64,000 nt of DNA from Penicillus capitatus (GCA_965649825.1 OZ287702.1:1342786-1406785); one strand, 5' to 3'; positions 26,630 through 39,249 are shown, numbered from the stretch's first letter. The notes: generated by a model not told the origin, from the sequence alone. Numbers and translations: made by a program.

Positions 26630-29584
26630 GATGCGGCATCCGTTTCGACGCACACGTCAGACAAGAACCTCACTGGGCTTGGCAGTGTCGCCAACAATTT
26701 CCAGGTGATACCTCTCGTCGCAACACAGTCTCGGCGCAACGTGAGTGGACCGTTGACGAATGTGCTGCCTAGATGGATGGCCTACCACTTCCAAGGAGCC
26801 AATGCCGCAAACTCGCGAATAAAGACGACATGAGCCTCGACGATCTCCTCGTCTACTCACCGGTCACCTGTCGGCACCAATCCACGATCTCTCCTGAGCC
26901 GTGTTTACCGAGCAGGAAATGATAAAGGCGAGTCTGCTCCGAATGGATAAAGAGAACAATGAGAAAGCCGTTTTGATGTTTAACGACGTTCTGAAGTACC
27001 TATCCGATTGTGACGGTCCCGTAGAGAAGGTGCCACAGAAAGACGTCGCTGGCAGGATCGTAGAAGACTGCCTCCGTGCCGCCATCCTCAAAGACGAGCT
27101 CTACATGCAGCTCATGAAGCAGACGCGCAACAATCCCAATCTCACTTCGAAGCTGCGCCTCTGGGAGCTCTGGCTTGTTCTTGCTGCATCCGCGCCGCCG
27201 TCCAAGGTGCACCGCCCTTCCTGATCGACAAGCTGCCTTGATCTGCACTGCCTGCAGGACTATGTCTCCCTTCTATCTGAATTCATTCAGAGCGTCATGC
27301 GTGCTGAGTCCGATGACGAAGCTGTTTACGGTCTCGTGGAACGTGTCTGGAACACGTTCAAGAGCTCGACGAAAGGGGGACAGAGGAAGGCTGCACTGCA
27401 GTCTGCCGATATCGAGGCGCTGTGGGAGAACAAGAAACTGGTCACGCGTGTCTCGTTCTTGGACGGCAATGCGGCGGCGCTGGACTATGAAGTTATGACG
27501 ACTGTCCAGGAAGCTGTGGAGCAGCTAGCTAAAACCATCGAACTGGAGAACTTCGGCAGTTTCGGCATCTATAAGCTCTACACACAGCGACAAAATGAAG
27601 ACAGGCACGAGGCCATTCAGGAGCGGCACGTGCTGCTCGATGAAAACAGATACATCGCGGACATCCTGGCAGAGGCCAGGGCCGAAGGAATTGACGTGAC
27701 GTTACTGTTCAAGAAAAACATGTTCAGAGAACAGGACGAGCACATCACGGAGCCCACATTTGTCAACCTATCCTATGCTCAGGCCCGGCACGACTTTCTC
27801 CAGGAGAATTATCCAGTTGAGAAGGATGACGCTTCCCAGATGTGCGCCTGGCAGATCCTCGCTTCGCAAGGACCGGGTCTCGACAAAAGAAGCGACGTCT
27901 TTCTGCGAGAGCTCGACAAGAATCTCACCAAACAGGTAGGTACCCCAGACGCGACGGCGCACTGAGCGCCGCCACTGCTGATGTCTGATCTAGGTGAGAA
28001 TGACACGTCCAGGGGAGGAATGGCGTCGGGATGTGCATCGCAGATATGTCGCCATGAGTGCAGCGACACAGGAGCATGCGAAGCTTCAGTTCTTGAGGAT
28101 TCTGAGAAGCCTGCCATACGGCAATTCGGTTTTCTTCTCGGTCAAACGAATGGAGGATCCTATCGGTCTGCTGCCGTCCGAGCTGATCTTGGGTATCAAT
28201 AAGAGAGGTGTTCACCTTTTTCGTCCTGTCCCCAAAGAGTACCTTCACTCGACCGAGCTGCGCGACATCATGCAGTTTGGATCCAGTAGTCAGGCAATAT
28301 TCTTTAAGATGCGTGTAACGGGTGTTTTACACATCTTTCGGTTCGAGACTTGTCAGGGAGACGATATCTGTATGGCCTTGCAGACGCACATTACCGATAT
28401 CATGATGAAGCGATTCCTCAAGGCCAAGAAGCAAAGGGGATCCGCCAACTCTTCGAGACGGGCTCAAGTGAAACTCAGTCCGGAATACGATCAACACTTG
28501 AAAAAGATGCAGAAGAATGTCGAAGAGACGACGATGCGAATTGAAGAACTCGAGAAGAAAGAGAAAGAAGCAACATCTAAAGTGCAGGAAATGCACCATC
28601 AGCTCGAGGGCATCCGAACGAGTCTCGCCAGCTGTAAGACGGAGAGGATGGATCTTCAGTCCGAAATCTCTGCTGCTCGCAAGGCCATTGATGCTGCCAA
28701 AGAAGAGCTCCACAACATTCAAGCTGTCTGTTCCTTTCTTCTCTGACGATTCTCCGCAGCATCGTTGTCTTTTGGCAGGAACTAGTCACCACAGAGACGA
28801 TAGAGCCATCGGTGGTCTCCAACGTCGCCGCCCCGAATGAGGAAAGTGTGCAAGTCCAGCAGCTGCGGGTCATCTACGAAAAACTCCAGACGGAACTGAG
28901 AAAAGCCGAAGAAAAGTGCGATCGCACCTCTTACCTTTTTTTTCCTTTCCATCCATGGATCTCACGTTTTCTTTAGGGGAGACTCCGTTCCAAGTCAGAT
29001 AGATGGGATCGAACAACAGATAAGTAACGTCAGCAAGCGACTAGAAGAACTCGAAGCGTTGAAAGGAACGGAGGTCCAGGATCTCAAAGCACAGTTGAAA
29101 GATATCAACAGCAACTTGAAGAATAGTATCAAGACCGAGGACGGAGAGGTGAATGAGCTCCAAGAGCAGTCCGCTAACGACACAGCAATGTACGACGAAG
29201 ACTCGGACAAGATGGCGCAGATGAAAGAGGACCAGACGGAACTGGCGAAGCTTAGACAGCTGCGTCGGGACGTCGAACGTATGGAAAAGAAAACGGCGTC
29301 CGTCATTGAGGGGCAAGGACGTAGGATCGATTGCTTGGAGAAACAGTACAAGGAGGAGAGGGAGACACGCCAGCGCCTAGAGAGCGTCATTGGTAATTTA
29401 AGAGCGTATATACCCGAAAAAGAAACGCTCGCGACTAAGATCGCCGCGCTTCAGAATGAGATCGATGAACTAAAACAGAAGTTCAGCCGGTCAGAGCCTT
29501 CGATTCTTCTTGTCATCTCATAGAACCATGTCGATTGTGCGCAGGAACTCGAATCGCCAGATAACTGAGGATGCGCGAATTTAG
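26630..29584 (+). CDS. KCBP: KCBP/ZWICHEL-like MyTH4-FERM-coiled-coil protein lacking the kinesin motor domain (5' end uncertain)
   Basis: MyTH4: LKDELYMQLMKQTRNNP. FERM: LRSLPYGNSVFFSVKRMEDPIGLLP...LGINKRGVHLFRPVPKEYLHS.ELRDIMQFGSS. Homology ends at LEKQYKEERETRQR, and the modelled stop is at 29582-29584. Confidence 0.9.
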
Positions 29585-30413
29585 CATATGTTTGTGTGAA
29601 ACGGGTATGACGGACAAGGAGACGTTTCTTGCGTCATCGGTGCTTGGTGGAGAACATAAAGACTGAGCTCCATCATTTTCTCTAATTGCCGATCGCGATG
29701 TTCTCGCTTCTCCTGTCATGAAACTATCGTCTGAGATTAACAGGGCTGGCACATTCAGAAACCAGCTGGCTTTACACTTGATGCTCGTTTCAAACGATGC
29801 TGCGGAAAACGACAAAAAACGCTTGCAAAAACGTCAATATCGACAGAAGGCGACGGACAAAAATGCTGCGGACTCTACGATGAGTGCTGTCTCCGTGCAC
29901 AAGGCCCGCTCACTCTTCAGCCTCTCGTTCGGATACTCACTACTCCGTTCACCCTTCGGAGCACAACGACCATCCATGCATGTGAGGGTCGCTTGCGTAT
30001 TTCCAAGTGAAGATCAACACGAATCACATCGCAGGCGCCACTTTTCTATTACTGACTGACTGCGCGACTGCAGGAGGTTGTTGACTCTTTTACAGGGCAT
30101 GGTGTCCTGGATCACCTTCGATGTTGGACAGCGTGTGCGTCCATCCGTCTTAACAACTTGAATGCTTCGTCGGCGACGAATCGATGGAATATCGAATAGG
30201 ATATGCGGAATCGGTCAGCCAAAATAATAAAGGAAACAGAATTCGTGTAGCACAAGACGTCGATTTGGAAGCTGAGTAGGGGTAGGTATCGAGATGTCTT
30301 GGCCTCCCATGTCCCCTAGCGTTATTCAGTTTCCCGTCGAAGCTTCACGTATTCCGGACCCTATCGTTTCCCTCGGCGATGACGGCGTGCTGAATTTGAC
30401 GAGGGCGAATATC

Positions 30414-30749
30414 TCAGAGCTGAGAGCTGACATTACTCGATAAGTTACCTCTTCTCCTGTGAGTCGAATCGTTCGGAATTCGGGAAGGGAGTGAAGACAG
30501 TAGAGTTCGCATATGGAATGGAGGCAGTTCCCTCAGATACCTCTTTCGGCGTATAGACAATACGTTCCGCTGCGCCAGTCCTGCATCTTGCTCGACGGCA
30601 TCGTGTAGAGGATCAAAGAATACCACCGGATGAGGCAGAACCACGATATCGTCCGTCGTCTGTGGCGGCGCGAGGCGGGATTTGATGTAGTGTGCCGTAC
30701 GTAGCGAATACGACGACGCATCTCCACTGTCCCTAGGCAGCCCATTCAT
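30414..30749 (-). CDS. Hypothetical protein, first exon; 3' exons unresolved
   Basis: 111 aa ATG ORF head-to-head with the ankyrin gene; no family recognised. Confidence 0.35.
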   Translation of the reverse strand: MNGLPRDSGDASSYSLRTAHYIKSRLAPPQTTDDIVVLPHPVVFFDPLHDAVEQDAGLAQRNVLSIRRKRYLRELPPFHMRTLLSSLPSRIPNDSTHRRRGNLSSNVSSQL

Positions 30750-30826
30750 TTTGGACTTCGTGTTCGAAGGTCGTTCAAACCGTCTGGCATCTTACACAGT
30801 CTCCTTCGCCGGTGTTCTCTGCGGAA

Positions 30827-33227
30827 ATGAGCGGGAAGGGCTGGGTCGTTGGCATTTGGATTGCCCTTCTTTTGGCAGAGTCGCGACAGTCGTGCGGCAT
30901 TCACGGTAGTATTCGATCATCCTTGCCGACAACAAACTGTCTGCCGTGTAGGATCCGGCGAACGCGCTCGACCTTCTCATATTGTCGAGCAAGGCAGCAT
31001 GGCACAATCCGAGAACATCCGGCGGCCTCGACAAAACCCGAGGACACGGGATCGCCCACACACAGAGAAACAAAGAATATCACCAACAGGTTAGCACGTG
31101 TAGCCACTCGTAGGCCAGACGACCGAAAGAGATCGTGTGTTCGGGGCAACCTCACAGAGATGGAAGCGATCGAGAGATCTGGATGGACTTTCCTCCAGAG
31201 ATATGTAGCCGACGGGAGATTCGAAGACGTGAAGGCGAGTTGCAGATTTCTTCGGCGACTCGATCAGGGCTGCTGTTTTAAGGTACTGCTGGAAGGCGGC
31301 GCCGATACTCAGACGGCCGACGACCGTGGCAGAACTCCACTTCATTTGGCAGCAATCAATGGAAATCGCAGAATCGCCGAGGTGCGTTTTGTGCCGTTCG
31401 GTCATCTACAGTGGCGATCGAACGTTCAAGGTGCTCTTGAAACATGGTGCGGAGATCGATGCAATTGACAAGTATGGGTCGACGGCACTACACCTGGCAG
31501 CAATGAACGGACACGTAGATGTCGTGAGAGTGAGTCTCTCATTCCCATTCGTCGACACGAAAGAGAACTTTGTCATTGGAGGAATTGCTGCGACACAAAG
31601 CAGAGATCGACTCGGTCGATCGATCGGGAAGGACGTCGCTACAAAGGGCAGCCGACTATGGACATGCGACCATTGCAAAGGCACGTTTTCAGAGGACTGC
31701 CATTCGAATCGTACGATCGACGCTGCCTGCCAGATACTGTTACGTTACGGGGCAGAAACGGAGACGGTCAGCACTATCAGATGGACGCCACTTCATCTGG
31801 CGGCACAGCACGGCCACACGGGAGTCATGGAGGTGAGATCGAGGTCTCGTTGAGATGCACCTCGCAAAGAATCCGTTTTGCGAGGTCCTTTTGGATGGCG
31901 GTGCTGAAATCGAAGCGATCGACGGAAATGAATGGACCCCACTCTTGCTGGCAACCTGGACGGGTCATCTGGATGCAGTAAACGTGCGTCTTCGATCAAT
32001 ACTCTCAGATCACAGCGGGAAGTCATCTGCCTGTCTAAGGTTCTGCTGGAGTACGGCGCCGCGATCGAAGTGTCTGGGCACTCTGGATGGAGGCCCCTTC
32101 ATGTTGCTGCACTAAAGGGATACCTGCCCATCGTCAAAGTCTTTCTTCTTTCTGTAAACATTCTCTGAAGCGACTGGTCTGTTGAGGAACTGCTGAAGCA
32201 CAAGGCAGAGACCGATGTGGTGGACGGCAGTGGACGGACGCCGCTGTTCTTGGCAGCAACGAACGGCCATTCATATACCGCAAGAGTAGTGCTGAATGTT
32301 TGACGACCTCTGAGACAGACGTCTTATGTTGGAGGCCTTGTTGGAACACAGTGCCGGGATCGAGGTGGATGACAACTTCGGACGGACTCCATTGCACATG
32401 GCAGCAAGCGGTGGACATTACATAACAGCAGGAGTGATAGTTGAGATCTCTCAGAATACGGCTGAGAGGATTTGTTGCTCGAGGTCTTACTGGAATACGG
32501 TGCAGAGGTCGATGCGGTTTGTGCAAACGGATGGACGCCGTTGCGTCTGGCAGCGACGCGCGATTACTCAGCTACCGCCAGAGTCATTCTGGCTCCTTTC
32601 AGGAGCGTGCTCCATTGACAATTGCTATTTAGGTCCTTCTGAACGACGGCGCGAATATCGAAGCTGCCGATGATGATGGACGGACTGCCCTGTTTCTATC
32701 ATCATGGGTCGGCAACTGGATATTCACGGATGTGAGTTCGCCTTTCTTGAGCTTTCTACCAAAGACCTTCCTTCGAGGTAGCGCCTCTTATCCCGTGGGG
32801 CAAAGACGGAAATATTTGACAACAATGGCCGGACTCCGCTGCACGAGGCGGCACATGGTGGATACCTCTGGGTGGTAGAAGTGGGTGCTGGGGCCTCGCG
32901 TTGCTCTGGTAATGGAGTGTGCCATTTGAGGTTCTGCTGGAAGCCGGAGCGAAGATCGAAGTGACGGACCGTAATGGATGGACTCCACTTCATACAGCCG
33001 CGGCTCACGGACGCCCATATGTTGTAAAGGTAGAGTAACAATTGGCTCCGAGCACGGTAGGATGATTTCGGCCTCACAAGGTTCTGTTGAAGTACGGCGC
33101 TTTCAAAACGATAAAAGACAACGAGGGAAGGACTCCATTAGATGTAGTGTGCCAAGGACAAGCAGCTGTCTGCACAGAGCGCATCGAAAAAAGGATATCA
33201 CATATGTTGTCGCCTCAAGTCGAATGA
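30827..33227 (+). CDS. Ankyrin-repeat protein, 14 exons, with N-terminal hydrophobic signal-like segment
   Basis: Twelve internal exons each translate to one 33-aa repeat (e.g. [33 protein letters not shown], 31283-31381). N-terminus [22 protein letters not shown]. Confidence 0.9.
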
Positions 33228-33629
33228 TTCGCCTTCCTTTCTAGGGCTCCTTTCATGCCCACCGGCGATGAACCTCTTCTGTTCCTATACCGTCTACCTT
33301 TTGTCAACGGAGTGAAGAAACAAAAACTCATCTCGCACGCTCTCTTTTAATAACCGGTCATCTAAATCTGTGAACGAAGCATCGCGCTTCAAATTGCGAG
33401 AATTGACGAGAATTGAAGACGTCGCTGTCAACCGTTTCACGCGTTGACATAACGTTGCCATCTATCTGTCGTGTTTGTCGACGGACAACGGGTTAACGAC
33501 GAAGGCGTATGGATTACAAAGACTGTTGCAACAATTAATCGTTCGGATTTATACGCGTCAAATGTCACATCAACGCATCCCGTGGCAGCTGCACGAAGGT
33601 GGACAGCTGTTCACTGACACTATCCAGAC

Positions 33630-33800
33630 ATGATTGTATCAACATTATGCAAGTATTTCCTATCACTCAAGCAACTATCTGAACGCATGCCATACGCCAG
33701 AAGATGGCCAACCATAGCAGATAGACAAAGACACATTGAGAATCTAGACTGTTTTTTATTTTCACCTGATTTGTTCAACCTTTGGCCTCCTCATCTTTAT
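33630..33800 (+). mobile_element. Possible PIF/Harbinger transposase remnant
   Basis: RWPTIADRQRHIEN resembles the recalled I.WP....R..I motif; no DDE motif seen. Confidence 0.2.
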
Positions 33801-33899
33801 TACCACATGATCCTGCACGGCGCCTTTGGGTTGATTATCACTGTGATTTTTTTTTCAAATAGAGGCTTTTCATCTCCTTTTTGAAAAGATCTGGAAAGC

Positions 33900-35050
33900 G
33901 TTTAACATCATTGTAAATTAAGTCCATTGAAAGTCTGACCACAGATGAAGTCACAACACTTGAAGAGCGTGGGTCGTTTCGCGTTGTTCATCACGTTCTG
34001 TACTTGCCCCATGTTCGTCTTGTAGCTCTCCAGTAGGGGCTATGGTCTCCACGAAATCGGATACGGCTTCTAAATAGTCAAAGATACAAGAAACCACGGG
34101 GGGTTCTTCCAACTTTTGATGCAATTCTTGTTAGGCGTTTGCGAATAACTGGCATTCGAAGAGCAAGCGATCTCTGTCTTCCGACGATTGCCCGCATGCA
34201 CAGTATGGCAATTCCGCCAGGGCTCCAAAACGGAAAAGGTATTGGTCGGAGGGAACATGGACAGTAGCAAACTGGCCGAGGCTAAAAGTTTGGGCTCTGT
34301 CGAGGTACTTTCCAGGGAACTGATCCCGTCGGAACTCCAGCGAATGCATGGTCAGGTGCCGGCTGACGGTTCTCTATTTGATCTCATACAGTGCCTCTCC
34401 GTTGAGGTATCTTGAGATTTTTTGCTTGATCCATTATTTGGCGGGGACCCTTTGGTTCCTGATCGCCTGCTTCTGTGGCTATCTTCGCTCGCTTCCATTC
34501 TGCCATGTAAGGACAAAGACTTAAGCGCCACTTTGAGGAGGTCCAAAACCTACAATGACCCTCTAGAAATCAGGTTAGCAGATGTCGTTGGATTTTGATG
34601 CCTTAAGCGAGAGACGTTTGTCCATCTCATGGGAAGCAGTCCGTGCCCGGGTCGAGTCGATCACCAGGCCAAGGCTTTATGGTCTATTCCGTGGGGCTTG
34701 GCCAACGAGGTCATTTAAGTTGGCTAGTCCATTTCGGAGCCCCGGGAGGGTGGAGCTCTCCTGTGTCCCTCAATCTGGATTCCACCAGCAGTCCCCAAAG
34801 CGTTCCGAGACGTCGGTGGGGCAGTCCTTTCAGGTCGCTACTATCAGTAGCCAGTCAAGCCGGTCCGTTTCGGGGGTTCGAGAGGTTCCGGTCAGGAATT
34901 ATGACTGTGACGACAGGAGTCGTCATCTGTTATCTCGATCTTGCGTGTATTAGTCGTCCATTGTCAGTGAACAGCTGTTCACCTTCGTGCAGCTGCCACG
35001 GAGACGCGTTGATGAGACAGTGGACGCGTAAGAAAACCGAACAGTGATTG
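33900..35050 (-). mobile_element. Degenerate LINE 3' fragment (RT thumb + C-terminal CCHC)
   Basis: LGLVIDS (KYLGV.LD-like) and QFATVHVPSDQYLFRFG...PYCACG...DRLLFEC (GHG...YL.RF...C.CG...H.LF.C-like). Differs from the 838-2228 element. Confidence 0.7.
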
Positions 35051-35085
35051 TTACAACAGTCTTTGTAATCAGTATGCCTTCGTCG

Positions 35086-36340
35086 TTAGCGCGTTTCAGC
35101 GCCAAACACGACACCATCCAGATAATTGTATACCGGAAATGATGGACCGGGACACACTCGTTCTTTTAAATACCGTCTTTCGCGTTCTTTGCAAACCGCC
35201 AAAACAGACTGCTTTGTTTCGGTGTCTCCATCCGTCTGCCGGATTTCGAAAAGCAGATTCTCCAATGCCTCCCACTTCGGAGGTCGCTCCAGCATGCTGC
35301 GCAGATTATTTTTTGGCCTAAAGACCGCACAGCACAGTCGTCCACTGGAACAGATGTGCGCTTACCGGCAGGGAATCTAGTTTTCGTTCTTTTTCTGTCC
35401 TCTCTTATAGCATCTCCGTGTTTCTGTTGGTGAAAACACGTCTCCTCGCTTTTTCAAAGATACCGAGAGGGTTTTTCTCTTGCAAAATCCAGCCTTAGCG
35501 TGTCGCGCGAATCGGCTCCAGAAAGTAGAGAAAGTCAATTAGGTCTCGGGGAAGAAGTGCCGAAACCGTAATGCGCAAGTCCTCCAGATCGGAGACTACG
35601 CACTTCGCCTTCGACGGGACGGTCCCGACGGAACTTAGAGAACTCATCCGTCTTTGATCACCCCGTCGGAGGTTTCAGACGAACAGTTCGCCGCTGTTGT
35701 TCCGGACCTGTGCACATATTCTCACACCTATTCACCCGAGTGCCATTAGTGTGCATCCCAGTCAACGTCTTCGTCTCTCTGGGCTAATATCCCTGTGCCA
35801 TCGCGAGTGAAGTAATGGTTTCTGTATCTCCGACATGGCAAACGTCATCCGCAGAGTGATCTCTTCCATCCGAACAGGGTTTGTCCCAGGTCTGCTTGAA
35901 TTTTTGCCTGAAACAGTGGGTGAAGAGAGACGCGCAGAACTTACAGTGTTGCAATCACCCACTTGGCCTACATCTCACATATTCAGGCGAATGTATCTCA
36001 CTACGCGACGGAACCTTTGCGAATCAGTCTGAAAACGAAACAGGCTTGTCGCGGATGGCTCGCACAGATCCAGTGGTATTGCTCGACCGGCAGAGGCGCG
36101 CGCGGTGAATTCGATACCCGATTTTCCCACACGTGTCCGGCATGGCCGCTACGCGAGTCCACACGCATCTCTCCCGCGGAAATATGCTCGGCGCAGTTCC
36201 TCCCAGAGTTCTCCTCTGCGAACACGAGAATCCCATAGCCGACAGCCGATGAATTCGGTTTGACGACACGAGCACGAGGAGAAACCTAACAGGTTTCGCT
36301 CAGCCGATGCCCGAAGCCACAATACACGGTGCATTGGAGG
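35086..36340 (-). pseudogene. ERCC4: XPF/ERCC4 fragment 2, including the 5' end, head-to-head with SF3B5 copy 2
   Basis: CIVASGIG*AK, GSVRAIRDKPVSFSD*FAKV, MEEITLRMTFAMSEIQ, PKWEALENLLFEI; in-frame stops. Confidence 0.85.
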
Positions 36341-36508
36341 CCTTGAACGTTTAAGCTATCTGTTCCCGACAAGGAACCAACGCCGCGCGGTGATGCATCA
36401 CGCACCGCGAGCAATCATAAAAACGCATCATCTTCCCGTCGTACAGTCGGAGGTCGTACGTCCGGGTCGTCGTTTTCGACTTCGAAAACCCGTCGGCAAT
36501 CGAACAGG

Positions 36509-36781
36509 ATGGCCACGTTGCAGGACCGCTTCAACATCAACAGTCAGTTGGAGCATCTCCAGTCGAAGTACGTCGGCACCGGTCACGCAGACCTGCCACG
36601 TTATGAGTGGGTGGTCAACGTCCACCGAGACAGCTTTGCATCGTACATCGGACACCACGGACCACTGTGTTACTTCGCCGTTGCCGAGAACGAGTCCATC
36701 GGAAGAACGCGATACCATCTGATGCAGAGAATGCTGCAGCCGTGCGGGATCCCTCCCGAGAAGAAGGACGACGAACTGTGA
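36509..36781 (+). CDS. SF3B5: SF3B5, copy 2
   Basis: Translation identical to copy 1. Confidence 0.97.
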   Translation: MATLQDRFNINSQLEHLQSKYVGTGHADLPRYEWVVNVHRDSFASYIGHHGPLCYFAVAENESIGRTRYHLMQRMLQPCGIPPEKKDDEL

Positions 36782-37123
36782 ACGCCCCCCCGGTTATCGC
36801 ATCCCGCACCCTTGTGCAAGAGAGATGAGACGTCGTTTCGGAGGATCATAGTATCAAAGTTACATTTTAGAAGAACCAAGTTTTTATTCCACACCAAAAC
36901 GGAGGGCTGCCGAAAGAAAACCAGAGCTTCGAGGCACCATTGGGTTTGATACAATTGATATTGGCAATGATGAAGTCGTCGAAGCCCAGAGAACTAGATC
37001 CCTGTAAAGAAATCCCGCGAAACAGTACTTCCTGTCGTTGCGCATTGCGCGTGCGATTGCTAGGCCCACTGCCATCGTCAGCTGTACACGCATGCCGCTC
37101 GCGTGCGCGTGTGCCGATTGCCA

Positions 37124-38203
37124 TCACTGCCAATGACCGTCCGGGACAAAATCTGTCGTCGCCTGTTGTACGCGGTACTGCAGATCCACTTCGCTCTGCA
37201 GATAGCTGCTGCATTCTTCGATGTATTCGGGGGAGCACGTGAGGTCGTTGTACAGTCTGGCCTGGGTCTCGGGGAGGTTGACGTTGAACCACGGGTCGTC
37301 CCAGATTCCGTCCATGTCGATCCGACAGCAGGGATTCGTGTGCAGAATCCTCTGCAAGAAGGCCCGGCACTCGGGCGAGAGTCGATAGGGGTACGCCTCG
37401 AACTGCAGATCCGGCTCATCGTCCGTCTCCATCAGGTTTGTCAGCTGTCGGAGGATCGACGCCGAGTCGTCCGTGAGCTGCTGCACCAGAGGCCACGCCG
37501 TCAGTCCAAGCAGCATCTTGAACAGACACACGCCGCAGGCGTAGATGTCTCCCTTCACGGCGAACTCGAACGAATTGCGTCGATTGTGGATCATGGACTC
37601 GGGTGCCATGTAGCCGCGTTTCCCCACGTAGGACCGCTCCCCGTTCTTCTCCAGCGACAGCTTGGAGCGCGAGAAGCCCAAATCGCACAGTATGATGTTC
37701 CAGCCCTGCGCCGAATGCTGCCCCGTGATGAGGATGTTGTCCAATGCGATGTCTCGGTTGGCGACATTGCGCCGGTGCGAATAGTCCACCGCCAGGATGA
37801 GTTGCTGAAAGGCCCAGCGAGCTTCGTCCTCTGTCAGCGGCCCATTGCGCAGAAACTCTGCCAGTGTGCCTCCTTCTTCGTAGTTGAACGCAATCAGCAG
37901 AAAGTTTCGCGTGAGGCGGACTTCACGGAAGCCGACGATGTGCTTGTGGCAGAGCTTTCTGTGATTCAGAATCTCTCGCGTCACTCGGCGGCATTTCCTC
38001 GAATCGATCCTGAGGACGTCGCGCGGATAGCATTTCACGGCTATCGGCCCGACGATCGTGTCCGAGTACGGATTGATGCGGTGGTCGATGACTTGGTAGA
38101 CACATGCCTGTCCTCCCTGTCCCAGGAGTGCGTCTTGTCCGGGCGGTATAGAAAACCACGGTGGAAAATCAAGAGGAGCGGAGTAAGCGATATCAGCGTT
38201 CAT
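37124..38203 (-). CDS. SnRK2/CAMK-like kinase, copy 2
   Basis: Translation identical to 2960-4039. Confidence 0.92.
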   Translation of the reverse strand: MNADIAYSAPLDFPPWFSIPPGQDALLGQGGQACVYQVIDHRINPYSDTIVGPIAVKCYPRDVLRIDSRKCRRVTREILNHRKLCHKHIVGFREVRLTRNFLLIAFNYEEGGTLAEFLRNGPLTEDEARWAFQQLILAVDYSHRRNVANRDIALDNILITGQHSAQGWNIILCDLGFSRSKLSLEKNGERSYVGKRGYMAPESMIHNRRNSFEFAVKGDIYACGVCLFKMLLGLTAWPLVQQLTDDSASILRQLTNLMETDDEPDLQFEAYPYRLSPECRAFLQRILHTNPCCRIDMDGIWDDPWFNVNLPETQARLYNDLTCSPEYIEECSSYLQSEVDLQYRVQQATTDFVPDGHWQ

Positions 38204-38423
38204 GTCTGTCTATGTAACTCAAGCACGAGGAGAAAGGAACACGGAGGGGACAGAAGCGAAGGGCTTTAAACCGCAGACGGCAAGTGAACCGAAGTGAACC
38301 GAAGTGAAGCGAAGCGAAGCTCGCACTGACGGCGGGAACGACGCGGCCAAAAGGTGCGGTCTACGCGGCTGGGATTTGTGCTGGGAATGCCATTAACGGA
38401 GAGATGGATGTAAAACTCACCGG

Positions 38424-38556
38424 CAGTTCAGTCTACTTTGAGCTCATGCGTCATCTTCTTGACGTTGGTTGGATTGTTTTCGCGAAATCAAGACGTGAAG
38501 CAACGTTTCTGTTTCGAAACCTACTGTCAAAGCGCCTGTGTCGCGCGCTGTCAGAC
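38424..38556 (-). pseudogene. Orphan, frameshifted last exon of the DUF1757-like gene
   Basis: ARDTGALTVGFETETLLHVL, then a 1-nt insertion relative to 4253-4380; upstream exons absent. Confidence 0.7.
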
Positions 38557-39249
38557 GTCTATACCAGTGGTGACGATATCATCCAAGTCGAAGCTGTTTG
38601 CATCACGCCAGACGTCAAATTGCGTGCGTTTGAATGAGCAGAGATCATCGTCGAGGATATTGCCGATGTCAGAAAGTGAGTGGATGGACGAAAGGGACGC
38701 TATAGCAGGGTTTCCTCCAGAAACGGACCCGTTCGCCGTCGTAACTTCGAAGTCCGGCATTTCGACGTCGACGAAGTTTTCCTGTAGACAGCGATGCGGG
38801 GAGGGGAGTGTCTGTCAAACAGACGTCGTTGCAACATAACCATTTGGGCGTTTTTGCAAGGAAGAAACTTTTGTCGAAAGCCGACGTGGTGCACGTGCTA
38901 ACGAATGCGTATGTCTTTGAAGCAGACCATAGTGTTCTTTCAACGGAACAGCACGTAACGATCTACACGAAGAACAAACGGGAGGCATGTGGACAAAGCA
39001 AAGCGGCACGGCACGGCACGACGAACAGAATCCTGTCGAAGATGTGATAGCTAGTGTCGCATGAAAGGAAGGGACACGTTACGTGACACACGCACCACGC
39101 GTCGAACAAACTGTCTAACCTCGACTTCTAGGTTTCAAACCGTCCAACTTCTAAAAGTCTGTAGATCCCGAACCTCAGATTGTTGTTGCGTTCAGTGAAC
39201 GACGCGTAGTCCGTCAAGTTGAAGAGAGGGAGCGCGCGGTGTGTCGAAA

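Larger units (their letters stand above)
36401..38556. repeat. Segmental duplication B2
   Basis: Direct copy of 2232-4380. Confidence 0.95.
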
